A stretch of DNA of 64,000 nt from an uncultured Candidatus Binatia bacterium. Lineage in GTDB: Bacteria; Desulfobacterota; Binatia; UBA9968; JAJDTQ01. A model generated the notes under the pieces. The model did no database searches. It saw only the letters and a list, made by a program, of their open reading frames with translations, and was not told the origin of the DNA. Position numbers and translations under genes: made by a program. The first letter of the stretch is position 1. Each line of letters starts with the position of its first letter. Positions 45,776-56,011 of this stretch are shown piece after piece. The stretch spans positions 3,840,001 through 3,904,000 of the forward strand of contig OZ244070.1 in NCBI GenBank assembly GCA_965215605.1. Direction: 5' to 3'.

Positions 45776-47164
45776 TCAACCGCCGCGGGCCCGCGGCGCG
45801 CTGCCGGCGGCGGAAGTGCCCTGCGGGTCCTTGGGGCGGCGAAGCTTGCCGGTGACGTTGTCCCTGATCCACTTCGCATCCCACCACTCCAGCGGCAGCA
45901 CCGCCACGCCCTGTATGTAGACGCCGTAGTGGAGATGATCGCCGATGGCCAGCCCAGTCTCGCCGGTGCGGCCGATCTCGACGCCCTTCTTGACGGCCTC
46001 GCCCGACGTGACCGCCACGGAGCTCAAGTGGGAGTAAAGACTGCACAAGCCGAAGCCGTGGTCGATGATCACCGTGTTGCCGTAGATTCCCAGCGGTCCG
46101 GCGAACACCACGGCGCCGCTGTTGGCGGCCGCCACCGGATAGCGCCGGGTCACCGCCAGATCGTATCCGAGATGCCGCGCCTCGTCGATTTTCTCGTCTC
46201 GATAGTAGTAGGAACGGTGATCGGCGAAGTTGGCCTGCACCGCAGAGTTGGCCAACTGCACGAAGCGGCCCTCCCAGAGCTTCCTCGCGGCGGAAGCCCG
46301 GCAGACCCTGGTGATGGTTTCTTCGTTCACGCGCCGGAGATCATGATTGACCTTGATGAACTGATCCTTGGGTCCGCCGCCGGAGCCGCCGGCCTCGGAC
46401 AACAGGGGGCGGATCTTGCGGCGGATGAAGTTGTCCGACACCGGCACCTTGGCGCGCCGGTACCTGAGCGGTCTCACGTTGTAGACAAGACCCGATTCCC
46501 GCGTGTTGCCGGCCTGGTCCTCCGCCAGCACCACCGCCCGTTCACGGACCGGGACGTCGTAGGGATGGGAAAAGAAAGCCAGAAATGCGTCACGCTCCGC
46601 CAGATGTCCCCTGTAGCCGGGAAAGAAGTAGCGGCCGATCCGGATCCCGCTTCGCTCCGTGTCCGGGGACGCCTTGTAGGTGACGAAACCGGTGCCTCCC
46701 TGGGTGATGTAGCGGTCCTCCGAGAGGACCTCCACCCGCGGAGGCGTGAAATCCACGGTCACCTCTTTCTCGAAGACGGTCTTGTTGCCCCTGAAGAAGC
46801 TCCAGTAGGAGCGGTCGGAGGCCGTGACGTTCAACACCGCGGGGCCGTCTTTCAGCTTGTGCTGCACGGGGTCGAGCTTGACCGGAATCTCGGCGGCGTT
46901 CACGGCCGGGTCAAACTGCTGAAAGTGGACGGGACTGGACTCCCCGTCCATGATCAGCTTGACGGATACAACGGCAAGCCCCCTGCCGCGGTCCTGAACA
47001 TTGACGGCGAACGGACGGTGCCCCAGCGTGGACCGTTCCGGCTCCACCCGGATGACGGGCGGATGCCATTCGAATTGCCACGCGGCGAAGAAGGCGCCCG
47101 CCACCACCAGCGCCACCAGGACGACGACGCCTGCCATGCCCATAGTCTTCTTAGGCAGAAACAT
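45776..47164 (-). CDS. M23 family metallopeptidase
   Basis: N-terminal TM, HLGYD, YGN, DHG, YSHL, HLH. Confidence 0.92.
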   Translation of the reverse strand: MFLPKKTMGMAGVVVLVALVVAGAFFAAWQFEWHPPVIRVEPERSTLGHRPFAVNVQDRGRGLAVVSVKLIMDGESSPVHFQQFDPAVNAAEIPVKLDPVQHKLKDGPAVLNVTASDRSYWSFFRGNKTVFEKEVTVDFTPPRVEVLSEDRYITQGGTGFVTYKASPDTERSGIRIGRYFFPGYRGHLAERDAFLAFFSHPYDVPVRERAVVLAEDQAGNTRESGLVYNVRPLRYRRAKVPVSDNFIRRKIRPLLSEAGGSGGGPKDQFIKVNHDLRRVNEETITRVCRASAARKLWEGRFVQLANSAVQANFADHRSYYYRDEKIDEARHLGYDLAVTRRYPVAAANSGAVVFAGPLGIYGNTVIIDHGFGLCSLYSHLSSVAVTSGEAVKKGVEIGRTGETGLAIGDHLHYGVYIQGVAVLPLEWWDAKWIRDNVTGKLRRPKDPQGTSAAGSAPRARGG

Positions 47165-47211
47165 GGAACCGCTCTATCCGTCCCGTCGGCCGGCAACGGC
47201 CGCGCCAAGGG

Positions 47212-48621
47212 TCACTCCGCCAGCTCCCACGTGGTCCCGGAAGGGCCATCCTTCAAAACGATGCCCTTCTCCTTCAACGCGTCGCGGATACCGTCCGCCT
47301 GCCCCCAATCCCTGACCCTCCGCGCCTCGGTCCGTTCCTCGATGAGTTGCCGGACCTCATCCTCCGACAAGGCCAGGCGCGAAAGACCGGATCTGCGTCT
47401 GTCCTCGAGGAAACGCTCGGCGGGCGCCTGCATGAGCCCCAGCGCCTCGACCATCGCCCGCAGCGCGTTTCGTCTGGGGCGGAGGCCTCCGGCATCGCCC
47501 CGATCCAGCAGCCGGTTGACCGCCCGGAGTTCCTCGAACACCACGGCCAGGGCCCGCGGGGTATTGAAGTCGTCATCCATCTCCCGCCGGAAGTCATCCA
47601 GGGGATCCGGTTCCGTGTCGGAGGACGGACCCAGGGCGCGGTCCGCCCGGCTCACGGTCTCGTAAATGCGGCTCACGGCCCGTTGGGCCTCCACCAGGGC
47701 TTCCTCCGAAAACTCGATGGGGTTTCGGTAGTGGGTCGTCAGCATGTAGAAGCGCAGGGCCACGGGATCGAAGCGCTCCAGCACCTCCCTGATGCCGAGG
47801 GTGTTCCCGGTGGACTTGGACATCTTCTCCTTCGCGAGTTGCACGAAGCCGTTGTGGATCCAGTAGCGGGCAAAAGGCGCCTCGGCCGCGCACTCGGACT
47901 GGGCGATCTCGTTCTCGTTGTGGGGAAACACCAGGTCCTGTCCGCCGCCGTGAATGTCGAACGGCTGGCCCAGGTACTTGGTGCTCATGGCCGAGCACTC
48001 GATGTGCCATCCCGGCCGTCCCCTGCCCCAGGGACTGTCCCAGAAGGGCTCTCCCTCCTTGCTCCCCTTCCACAGCGCGAAGTCCATGGGATGCCGCTTG
48101 CGGTCGTCCACCTCGATCCTCGCCCCGGCCATCATCTCGTCGAGGCCGCGGCCGGACAGCTTGCCGTAGTCCGGGAAGCTCTCCACCGCGAAGTAGACGT
48201 CGCCGGCCAGCTCATAGGCGTTGCCGGTCTCCAGCAGCCTGGAGACGATGTCGATCATCTCTGCCATGTGCGCGGTGGCGCAGGGCTCCACGGTCGGTTC
48301 CAGCAGTCCCAGGGCGGCGGCGTCGCGGTGGAACTCGTCGATATAGCGCCGGGCCAGCTCCTCCGGCGGGACGCTTTCCTCGCGGGCCCGGTTGATGATC
48401 TTGTCGTCCACGTCGGTGAAGTTCCTGACGAAGTGGCAGTCATAGCCCAGCAAACGCAGGTAGCGGTAGATGACGTCGAACGTCAGCAATGCGCGGGCAT
48501 GACCGATGTGGCAGCGATCATAGACGGTCACGCCGCACACGTACATGGTCACCGCACCCGGTCTCAACGGAACGAACGGCTCCTTCTTGCCGCTCATGGT
48601 GTTCGTGACGCAGAGGGGCAT
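47212..48621 (-). CDS. cysS: Cysteine-tRNA ligase
   Basis: YVCGVTVY..HIGHAR, GRPGWHIECSAM, HGGG.DL.FPH, KMSKS. Confidence 0.99.
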   Translation of the reverse strand: MPLCVTNTMSGKKEPFVPLRPGAVTMYVCGVTVYDRCHIGHARALLTFDVIYRYLRLLGYDCHFVRNFTDVDDKIINRAREESVPPEELARRYIDEFHRDAAALGLLEPTVEPCATAHMAEMIDIVSRLLETGNAYELAGDVYFAVESFPDYGKLSGRGLDEMMAGARIEVDDRKRHPMDFALWKGSKEGEPFWDSPWGRGRPGWHIECSAMSTKYLGQPFDIHGGGQDLVFPHNENEIAQSECAAEAPFARYWIHNGFVQLAKEKMSKSTGNTLGIREVLERFDPVALRFYMLTTHYRNPIEFSEEALVEAQRAVSRIYETVSRADRALGPSSDTEPDPLDDFRREMDDDFNTPRALAVVFEELRAVNRLLDRGDAGGLRPRRNALRAMVEALGLMQAPAERFLEDRRRSGLSRLALSEDEVRQLIEERTEARRVRDWGQADGIRDALKEKGIVLKDGPSGTTWELAE

Positions 48622-48695
48622 GCCGGTTCATATTACGTCACGCAGGGGGTTTTGCAAAACGGCACCGGTTCCGGCTGCGCGCCGCCGGCGCGGGG

Positions 48696-48824
48696 TGTCA
48701 GGCCGAAGCGAAAATGTCCCCTTTTGGCAAAGTAGAAGTGTCCCCTGGCAGCAGGCGCGGGCCGCAACGAGGAGGGGGCATTTCTGCTTTGCAGAAAAGG
48801 CAACGTTTTCGAATTGCTCCAACA
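48696..48824. mobile_element. 129-bp MITE with TGT..ACA ends (IS481/IS1202(ISNCY)-like termini)
   Basis: About 50-bp imperfect terminal inverted repeats with subterminal repeats GAAAATGTCCCCT/GAAGTGTCCCCT; no transposase inside. Confidence 0.7.
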
Positions 48825-48867
48825 TTGGGGTTGCGCCAGCAGACAAAAACGCCTACATCCTCACCCC

Positions 48868-50523
48868 ATGACGAACCAACGACCCTACGAGGATCTTCGC
48901 CAATTCCTCGCCGTGCTCGAGGATGCCGGAAAGCTCATCCGGATCACCCGGGAGATCAACAAGGACACCGAGCTGCAACCGCTGGTACGCTTGCAATTTC
49001 GGGGACTTCCGGACGAACAGCGCAAGGCGTTCCTGTTCGAGAACGTGATCGACTCCAAGGGCCGCCACTACGACGGAACGGTGCTGGTGGGCGGCCTGTC
49101 GGGCTCCACGGACATCTACTGCCTGGGCCTCCAGTGCGATCCGGACGAGGTGCCGGACCGGTGGGTGGAGGCCATGGAAAACCCCATTGCCCCGGAGATC
49201 GTACCTTACGGTCCCGTGATGGAAGTGGTCCACAAGGGCGGTGACCTCGCGGGCAGCGGCGGCTTTGCCCGGTTCCCCATTCCCATCTCCACGCCCGGCT
49301 TCGACAACGGCCCCTACATCACCGCGGGCCACTGGATCACCAAGGACCCGGAAACCGGCGCGCGCAACGTCGGCAACTATCGGGGGCTGGTGAAGTCCCC
49401 GTTGCGGTGCGGCGCCAACTCCGGCACGCCCCAGGACCTGTCCGCCCATTGGGAGAAGTGCCGGGAGCGGGGCATTCCGCTGGAAGTGGCCATCGCCGTG
49501 GGCACCGTGCCGGCGGCCTCGTACACCGCGACCCAGAAGGTGCCCCCGGACATGGACGAGCTGGCGCTGGCCGGCGGCCTCGCCCGCACCCCGGTCCAGC
49601 TCGTCAAGTGCCAGACCGTGGACCTGGAGGTGCCGGCCACTTCGGAGGTGGTCTTCGAGGGCATCATCCCCACGAACTACCTGGAAGAGGAAGGCCCCTT
49701 CGGCGAATCCATGGGCTACGTCGACCCCAGGACCATCGGCCCGGTGATGGAGCTCACCTGCGTGATGCACCGGAAGGACCCCATCTGGGTCTCCATCATA
49801 AGCCAGGTGACGCCCAGCGAGAGCTCGAAGATCAAGGCCATGGGCATGAGCACGCTGGTGCACCGCTACCTCACCCGCGAGGGCTTCGAGTCGGTGCGGG
49901 AAGTCTACATGATGGAGGAGCTGGTGAACATGCGCCCCTATGTCGCCGTCCGGTTGGACAAGAAGGACGACGGCGAGCCCCGGCGGGTCATGGACGCCGT
50001 GCTCCAGTACGGCGACCGGGTGGGAAAGTTCATCGTGGCGGTGGACGAGGACATCAACGTGAACGACCCTGTGGCCGTGACCTGGGCCATCACGCACCGG
50101 TGCCAGCCCCACCGCGACGTCACCATCGTCCCCGACCGCCCCTTCGGCGCCACCCCCATCGGCATGGTGGTGAGCCATCCGTCCAGCCGCTACGACAGCA
50201 CGGACTCGGCGCTGCTGATCGACGCCACCCGCAAGGCCGACCTGCCGCCGCTGTCGCTGCCCAAGAAGCCCTATATGGAACGGGCGGTGGAGTTGTGGAA
50301 GGAACTGGACCTCCCCGAGTTGCAACTCAAGGAGCCGTGGCACGGCTACCTCATGGGCCTGTGGCCCGACGAGCTGGACGAGGAAGCGCGCATGGCGGCC
50401 GAGGGCGACTACGAGAAGGTGGGCGAGAAGCTCAAGGGCACGCGAGTCGGCGTAGGCGAGGGACAGACGCTCAAGTCCATCCGCCTGGAATGGGGCAAGA
50501 CCCACGCCGGGCGCTCGGTCTGA
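48868..50523 (+). CDS. UbiD-family prFMN-dependent (de)carboxylase 1
   Basis: DLRQFL, FLFENV, NVGNYR, VPATSEVVFEG, EGPFGE, VDEDI, IDATRK. Confidence 0.93.
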   Translation: MTNQRPYEDLRQFLAVLEDAGKLIRITREINKDTELQPLVRLQFRGLPDEQRKAFLFENVIDSKGRHYDGTVLVGGLSGSTDIYCLGLQCDPDEVPDRWVEAMENPIAPEIVPYGPVMEVVHKGGDLAGSGGFARFPIPISTPGFDNGPYITAGHWITKDPETGARNVGNYRGLVKSPLRCGANSGTPQDLSAHWEKCRERGIPLEVAIAVGTVPAASYTATQKVPPDMDELALAGGLARTPVQLVKCQTVDLEVPATSEVVFEGIIPTNYLEEEGPFGESMGYVDPRTIGPVMELTCVMHRKDPIWVSIISQVTPSESSKIKAMGMSTLVHRYLTREGFESVREVYMMEELVNMRPYVAVRLDKKDDGEPRRVMDAVLQYGDRVGKFIVAVDEDINVNDPVAVTWAITHRCQPHRDVTIVPDRPFGATPIGMVVSHPSSRYDSTDSALLIDATRKADLPPLSLPKKPYMERAVELWKELDLPELQLKEPWHGYLMGLWPDELDEEARMAAEGDYEKVGEKLKGTRVGVGEGQTLKSIRLEWGKTHAGRSV

Positions 50524-50565
50524 CCCGGCGCGCCGCATCCGCTTCGGCGGAGGCAAGCTCCAGAT

Positions 50566-50602
50566 GCAGGGGCGGGTCTCAAACGCTTCAAACCCGCCCC
50601 TG
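50566..50602. repeat. GTAG-type REP-like hairpin
   Basis: GCAGGGGCGGGT..ACCCGCCCCTG inverted repeat. Confidence 0.65.
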
Positions 50603-50632
50603 TCCGTATGCCGTAACCACTCGAGGTCAACG

Positions 50633-51187
50633 ATGAAAAGAGAAATGGTCCTGAACGTCAACGGCGAGGAGCACGACGTCGAGATCGAGCCCGACCGCCT
50701 GCTGCTGGAGGCCCTGCGCGAGGACGTGGGCCTTACCGGCACCAAGGAGGGGTGCAGCATCGGCGTCTGCGGCGCGTGCAGCGTCATCGTCGACGGCCGG
50801 CTGGTGAGCGCGTGCCTGACTCTGGCCGTCACCTGCGAGGGCAAGAAGATCGAGACCATCGAGGGCCTGGCCCGGGACGGCGAGCTGCACCCGCTCCAGC
50901 GCTCCTTCGTGCAGTACGGCGGTTTCCAGTGCGGCATCTGCACCCCGGGACAGATCATGGCCGCCAAGGCCTTGCTGGACCACGACCCGACCCCCTCCGC
51001 CGACCAGGTGAAGGAGTGGATGTCGGCGAACCTCTGTCGCTGCACGGGCTACTACAAGATACTCGAATCGGTCATGGCGGTGGTGGAAGGCAAGGTGGAC
51101 GAGGGACGCCGCGACGACACCGTGCGCCAGGCCAGGATACAGAGCCTCTACCAGTCGGACACCTACAAGAGCGGCGCATCCGACTAG
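50633..51187 (+). CDS. Mo-hydroxylase small subunit with two [2Fe-2S] clusters (CoxS/XdhC-like)
   Basis: GCSIGVCGACSV..AC, QCGICTPG, NLCRCTGY. Confidence 0.95.
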   Translation: MKREMVLNVNGEEHDVEIEPDRLLLEALREDVGLTGTKEGCSIGVCGACSVIVDGRLVSACLTLAVTCEGKKIETIEGLARDGELHPLQRSFVQYGGFQCGICTPGQIMAAKALLDHDPTPSADQVKEWMSANLCRCTGYYKILESVMAVVEGKVDEGRRDDTVRQARIQSLYQSDTYKSGASD

Positions 51188-51227
51188 TGTCCGCGCGTGT
51201 GAAACAACCGCCGTCCTTGGGGGAAAC

Positions 51228-53522
51228 ATGAGCAAGGCAGAAAAGTTCGCGGTGCTGGGACAGAACGTCGACCGCTTCGAGGGCCACGACAAGGTGACCG
51301 GGAGCGCGGCCTACGTGGCCGACGTCTTCCTGCCGGGCATGTTGACGGGACGTATCCTGAGGAGTCCCCTGCCCCACGCCCGCATCCGCAACATCGACAC
51401 CAGCCGGGCGGAGAAGCTTCGCGGCGTCAAGGCCGTGGTGACCGCGGAGGACACCATCAAGAAGGGCTGGGGCGTCTTTTTCCCCGACCAGTACCCGCTG
51501 TCCGTGGGCAAGGCACGATACGTGGGCGAGGAGGTGGCGGCGGTGGCGGCCATCGACCGGGACACCGCGGAGGAGGCGCTGGAGCTGATCGAGGTGGACT
51601 GGGAGGAGTTGCCGGCGGTGTTCGACGCGGCAGAGGCTATGCAGGACGGCGCGCCCCTGATCCACGAGGAAAAGGACAGCAACATCGCCCTCACCATCGA
51701 CGTGGAGCGGGGCGACATCGACGCGGCCTTCAAGGACTCGGACCTGGTCATCGAGGACACCTTCGAGAGCGTGCCCCAGTGGCACTCGGCCATCGAGACC
51801 ATCGGCAGCGTCGCCGACTACTCGGCCAACGGCAAGTACACGGTCTACATGAACACCCAGACACTGTTCATGGCCCGCATGCGCCTGGCCACTGCCCTGG
51901 GCGTGCGGGAAGCCGACGTGCGGGTCATCCAGACGGCAGTGGGCGGCGGCTTCGGCGGCAAGTCCTGCGACGACAACAACGCCATGGTGGCCGCCATCCT
52001 GGCGCGCAAGGCGCGGCGCCCGGTGAAGATCATCAACACCCGGGAGGAGGAGTTCCTGGCCGGCAGCCGGCCGCGGGTGAACATGAAGGTGTGGGTGCGC
52101 ATGGGCTTCAAGAGCGACGGCCGCATCCGCGCCAAGCACATGCGGGTCATCGCCGACAACGGCGCCTACAGCGGCAAGGCCCCGGCCATCACCGGGGTGG
52201 CGGCGCTGCGCCACGACACCTGCTACAAGTACTCCGACGTCCGCTCCGAGGCCTACCTGGTCTACACCAACAAGATCCCCACCGGGGCTTTCAGGGGCTT
52301 CGGCAACCCGTCGGCGGAGTTCTCGGTGGAGCAGATGATGGACATCGCCGCCGACGAGCTGGGCATGGACCCGTTCGAGATGGCGCGCCTCAACGCCGCC
52401 GAGCCCGGCTACGTCTCGCCCCACGGCAATCGGGTCATAAGCTGCGAGCTGAAGCAGTGCATCGACCGCACCGAGCGCATGATCGGCTGGAAGGAAAAGC
52501 GCGCCAACCGCAAGCCCAATCGCGGCCTCGGCATGGGCTGCACCGTCCACGTGAGCGGCAAGCGCCATTTCGGCGACTACGACGGCAGCTCCGCCACCAT
52601 CAAGATGAACGAGGACGGCAAGGCCTTCATCCTGAGCGGCGAGGGCGAAACCGGCCAGGGACACTGGACCGCCATGTGCCAGATCGCCGCCGAGGAGCTG
52701 GGCGTCCCGTTCTCCGACGTGGCCATCTCCGAGGCCGACACCGACCTCACCACCTTCTGCCTCGGCAACTACGCCAGCCGGCTCACCTACGTGGCCGGCA
52801 ACGCGGTGAAGAACGCCGCCGCCAACGTCAAGGAGATCCTGCACGAAACCGCCGCCGAGATGCTCGAGGCCGACCCCGGGGACCTAGTGTCGCAGGACGG
52901 CTACATCTTCGTCAAGGGCGCGGAGCAGCGCGCCATCAGCGTGGCGGACGTGGTGCGGGGGCGGCAGTTCCGCCGCGGCGGCGCGCCGGTGGTGGCGTCG
53001 GGCAGCTTCGACGCCGACTCGGTGAGCCAGGACGCCCTGCGCTACGGCAACGAGTCGGGCGCCTACAACTTCGGCGCCCAGGCGGCGGAGGTGGAGGTGG
53101 ACCCGGATACCGGACGGGTGACGGTGATCCAGTACGCGGTGGCGTCGGACTGCGGCACGGTGATCTATCCCATCGGCGCCGAAGGCCAGGTGGAAGGCTC
53201 CATCGCCCAGGGGCTGGGCTATGCCCTCATAGAAGGCATCCGCATGGAGGAAGGCCGCCCCGTCAACCCCAACTTCAGCGACTACCGGCTGGCGTCCATG
53301 CGCGACATGCCCGATCTGGTGCACGAGTTCGCGGACTCCTACGAGCCCACCGGACCCTTCGGCGCCAAGGGGCTGGGGGAGTTGGGCATGGATCCGGTGG
53401 CGGCCATCATCAGCAACGCCATCTACGACGCCGTGGGAGTGCGCATCAAGACGCTCCCCATCACCGCGGAAAAGGTGCTGCGTGCCCTTCAGGAAAAGAA
53501 GAGGAACGGGAGCCGAACATGA
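51228..53522 (+). CDS. Xanthine dehydrogenase family molybdopterin-binding subunit
   Basis: KVTG, RSPLPHARI, GGGFGGK, FRGFG, GQG, GQVEG, AKGLGE. Confidence 0.95.
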   Translation: MSKAEKFAVLGQNVDRFEGHDKVTGSAAYVADVFLPGMLTGRILRSPLPHARIRNIDTSRAEKLRGVKAVVTAEDTIKKGWGVFFPDQYPLSVGKARYVGEEVAAVAAIDRDTAEEALELIEVDWEELPAVFDAAEAMQDGAPLIHEEKDSNIALTIDVERGDIDAAFKDSDLVIEDTFESVPQWHSAIETIGSVADYSANGKYTVYMNTQTLFMARMRLATALGVREADVRVIQTAVGGGFGGKSCDDNNAMVAAILARKARRPVKIINTREEEFLAGSRPRVNMKVWVRMGFKSDGRIRAKHMRVIADNGAYSGKAPAITGVAALRHDTCYKYSDVRSEAYLVYTNKIPTGAFRGFGNPSAEFSVEQMMDIAADELGMDPFEMARLNAAEPGYVSPHGNRVISCELKQCIDRTERMIGWKEKRANRKPNRGLGMGCTVHVSGKRHFGDYDGSSATIKMNEDGKAFILSGEGETGQGHWTAMCQIAAEELGVPFSDVAISEADTDLTTFCLGNYASRLTYVAGNAVKNAAANVKEILHETAAEMLEADPGDLVSQDGYIFVKGAEQRAISVADVVRGRQFRRGGAPVVASGSFDADSVSQDALRYGNESGAYNFGAQAAEVEVDPDTGRVTVIQYAVASDCGTVIYPIGAEGQVEGSIAQGLGYALIEGIRMEEGRPVNPNFSDYRLASMRDMPDLVHEFADSYEPTGPFGAKGLGELGMDPVAAIISNAIYDAVGVRIKTLPITAEKVLRALQEKKRNGSRT

Positions 53523-54382
53523 AGGCCAAGTTCGAATACCTTGCGCCGGCGAGCCTCGACGAAGCGTGCGGGCTGCTCCAGGAACATCAAGGCGACGCCA
53601 AGCTCCTGGCCGGCGGCACCGCCCTGGTGATGTGGCTGCGCATGGGCCTTCTGAGCCCCGGTTTCGTCATCGACCTGGAGCGCGTGCCGGGTTTCGACGG
53701 CATCGATTGCGATCCGGTGGACGGGCTGCGCATCGGCGCCGGCGTCAAGCACCGGGACCTGGAACTCCACCCGGACGTGCGGGAACACTATCCCCTGCTC
53801 CGGGAAACCTTTTACAAAGTCGCGCAGCCGCGCATCCGGCTCATGGCCACGGTGGGCGGCAACCTGTCCCACGGCGACCCCATGACCGACCCGGGGGCCA
53901 GTTTCATGGCGCTGGACGCCGAGGTGACGCTGCGCAGCAGCCGCGGCGACCGCACGCTGCCGGTGGAAGACTTCTTCGTCGACTACTACGAGACCGCCCT
54001 GGAACCCGACGAGATCCTCACCTCGATTCACGTGCCGGCTCCCGCCGGGCCGGCGTGGTCCCACATCAAGTTCACACCCCGCAGCGAGGAGGACTTCGCC
54101 ACCGTAGGCGTGGCCGTGACCATGAGCGGCGAGGGCAACCGCTGCGACGACGTGCGCATCGCCTTGAACTCCGTGGGCCCTACCATCTTCCGGGCCCACG
54201 CGGCGGAGGACGTCCTGCGCGGCCGGGAATTGACCCCGGCCCGGCTGGAGGAGGCGGGCGCCGCCGCGGCGGAAGCGTCCGACCCCATCGAGGACGTGCG
54301 CGGCTCCTCCGACTACAAGCGCGAGCTCGCAGCGGTGTTCGTACGGCGGGCCGTCGAACAGGCCGCCGCCCGGTTGAGCTGA
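53519..54382 (+). CDS. Mo-hydroxylase FAD-binding subunit (CoxM-like)
   Basis: AGGTAL, IRLMATVGGNL, DVRGSSDYKR; no [4Fe-4S] insert. Confidence 0.95.
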   Translation: MKAKFEYLAPASLDEACGLLQEHQGDAKLLAGGTALVMWLRMGLLSPGFVIDLERVPGFDGIDCDPVDGLRIGAGVKHRDLELHPDVREHYPLLRETFYKVAQPRIRLMATVGGNLSHGDPMTDPGASFMALDAEVTLRSSRGDRTLPVEDFFVDYYETALEPDEILTSIHVPAPAGPAWSHIKFTPRSEEDFATVGVAVTMSGEGNRCDDVRIALNSVGPTIFRAHAAEDVLRGRELTPARLEEAGAAAAEASDPIEDVRGSSDYKRELAAVFVRRAVEQAAARLS

Positions 54383-54401
54383 CAACGCGCTTGGGTGGCA
54401 T

Positions 54402-55991
54402 ATGGCCGTAGACGAAAACTGGGACGTCATCCTTATCGGCGCCGGGCAGAACAACTTCGCCCTGGGCACCTACTTGGGCATGGCGGGCCTCGACACCGTC
54501 ATCTGCGAGAGCCGGCTCGAGAACGGCGGCCGGCTCTTCTCCGAGGAGATCACCCTCCCGGGCTACTGGCACAACAGCCTCGCCTACTTCCAGGACAACC
54601 GCGAGATCTCTCCGGTGTGGAACGAGCTCGACTGGGAGAACGGCCACCACGCCGAGTTCGTCACCCCGCCGGTGATCAGCTCGCTGCTGCTGCCGGACGG
54701 CGCCTCGGTCTCCCATCATCAGGACCTGGACGGCACGCTGGCTTCGCTGGCGCACCACTCCGCCGCCGACCGCGCGGCCTGGAAAGACGTGCACCAGCGG
54801 TTCCGCGGCATCGTCCGGGACATCGTGGTCCCCTCCTGCTACGCTCCGCCCGAAGCGGCGGGCGCGCTGGAGGAGCGCATTGCCGCGGACCCGGCAGGGA
54901 CCGACTTCCTGCGCCTCGCGCGCATGAGCGCCGCGGAAGCGGCAGAGCACCTCTTCGAAAGCGAAGCGGTGCGCACCCTGGTGCTCTCTCAGATGGCGAT
55001 TCCGCGCGGCTGGGCGCTTGACTACGAAGGCGGCGGACGCGAGGTGCTGGCGCTGATCGCCGGCGACGAGAAACCGCAACTCGCGCGCGGCGGCTCCCAC
55101 TCCATCGCGCAGGTGCTGCAACGCGCCTACGTGATGCACGGCGGCCAGATCCGCGCGCTGCACCATGTCGAGAAGATCCTGGTGGACGGCGGGCGCGCCG
55201 TGGGCGTGCGCCTCCGCGACGGACGCGAGTGGAAGGCGCGTTTGGCCGTGGTGTCCAACGTGGATCCCTACGGCACCTTCATCGACATGGTGGGCGAAGA
55301 GCATCTGGACGGCGGCTTCGCACAAGCCGTCCGCGCCATCGAGCCGGACGAGTTCTCCTACTTCCAGGTCCACCTGGCGCTCAAGGCGCCGCTTCGCTTC
55401 GCAATGCACGAGGCCGCGGACGGCTTCGTGGGCCAGGCCATGAACGTCAACTACGGCCCACGCTCCGTCGAGGACTTGAAAAGCATGTGGCGCGAGATCC
55501 GCGCCGGCGAGTTCCCGGCGCACCCCTGCCTCCACGTAACCTGCCCCACCTGGTTCGACGCGCTGCAGGCGCCCCCGGCCAAGCACACGGCGTCGGTCTT
55601 CATGCCGGTCCCCTACCAGCTCAAGGGGCATCGGCCCGAGGACTGGGTGCGCCTCAAGCACGATTTCATGGAGCGGGTGCTGTCGAAGCTGCGTGCCGTC
55701 GCCACCAACCTCACGGACGACAACATCGTCATGAAGGTGCCCATGGACCCGTGCTACCTGGCCGGCCGCTGGCAGAACATGCGCCGGGGCTCGGTATGGG
55801 TGGCCCGGAAGACGGCCGAGCAGATGGGGGAGAACCGTCCGATCCCACAATTGGCGCAATACCGGACGCCGATTCAGGGGCTCTACCAGGTGGGCGCGGG
55901 CACGCACCCCGCCGACGCCGTCATCGCCGGCTCCGGGCGCGCCGCCTGGAGCGTCCTGCGGCGGGACCTGGACCTGGGGAACGGAAGCTGA
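54402..55991 (+). CDS. Phytoene desaturase-like FAD oxidoreductase A
   Basis: IGAGQNN, RGGSHSI, YRTPIQGLYQVGAGTHP. Confidence 0.88.
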   Translation: MAVDENWDVILIGAGQNNFALGTYLGMAGLDTVICESRLENGGRLFSEEITLPGYWHNSLAYFQDNREISPVWNELDWENGHHAEFVTPPVISSLLLPDGASVSHHQDLDGTLASLAHHSAADRAAWKDVHQRFRGIVRDIVVPSCYAPPEAAGALEERIAADPAGTDFLRLARMSAAEAAEHLFESEAVRTLVLSQMAIPRGWALDYEGGGREVLALIAGDEKPQLARGGSHSIAQVLQRAYVMHGGQIRALHHVEKILVDGGRAVGVRLRDGREWKARLAVVSNVDPYGTFIDMVGEEHLDGGFAQAVRAIEPDEFSYFQVHLALKAPLRFAMHEAADGFVGQAMNVNYGPRSVEDLKSMWREIRAGEFPAHPCLHVTCPTWFDALQAPPAKHTASVFMPVPYQLKGHRPEDWVRLKHDFMERVLSKLRAVATNLTDDNIVMKVPMDPCYLAGRWQNMRRGSVWVARKTAEQMGENRPIPQLAQYRTPIQGLYQVGAGTHPADAVIAGSGRAAWSVLRRDLDLGNGS

Positions 55992-56011
55992 AGCACGAAG
56001 GCGGGTGAACC

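Noticed and set aside
48628-48642. CATATTACGTCAC as a XerD/dif half-site next to the MITE
   Set aside because: No matching XerC arm; better explained as the cysS -10 box on the minus strand
50633-54382. Aerobic CO dehydrogenase or 4-hydroxybenzoyl-CoA reductase
   Set aside because: No AYxCSFR or AYRGAGR motif (it reads AFRGFGN), and the FAD subunit lacks the HcrB iron-sulfur insert
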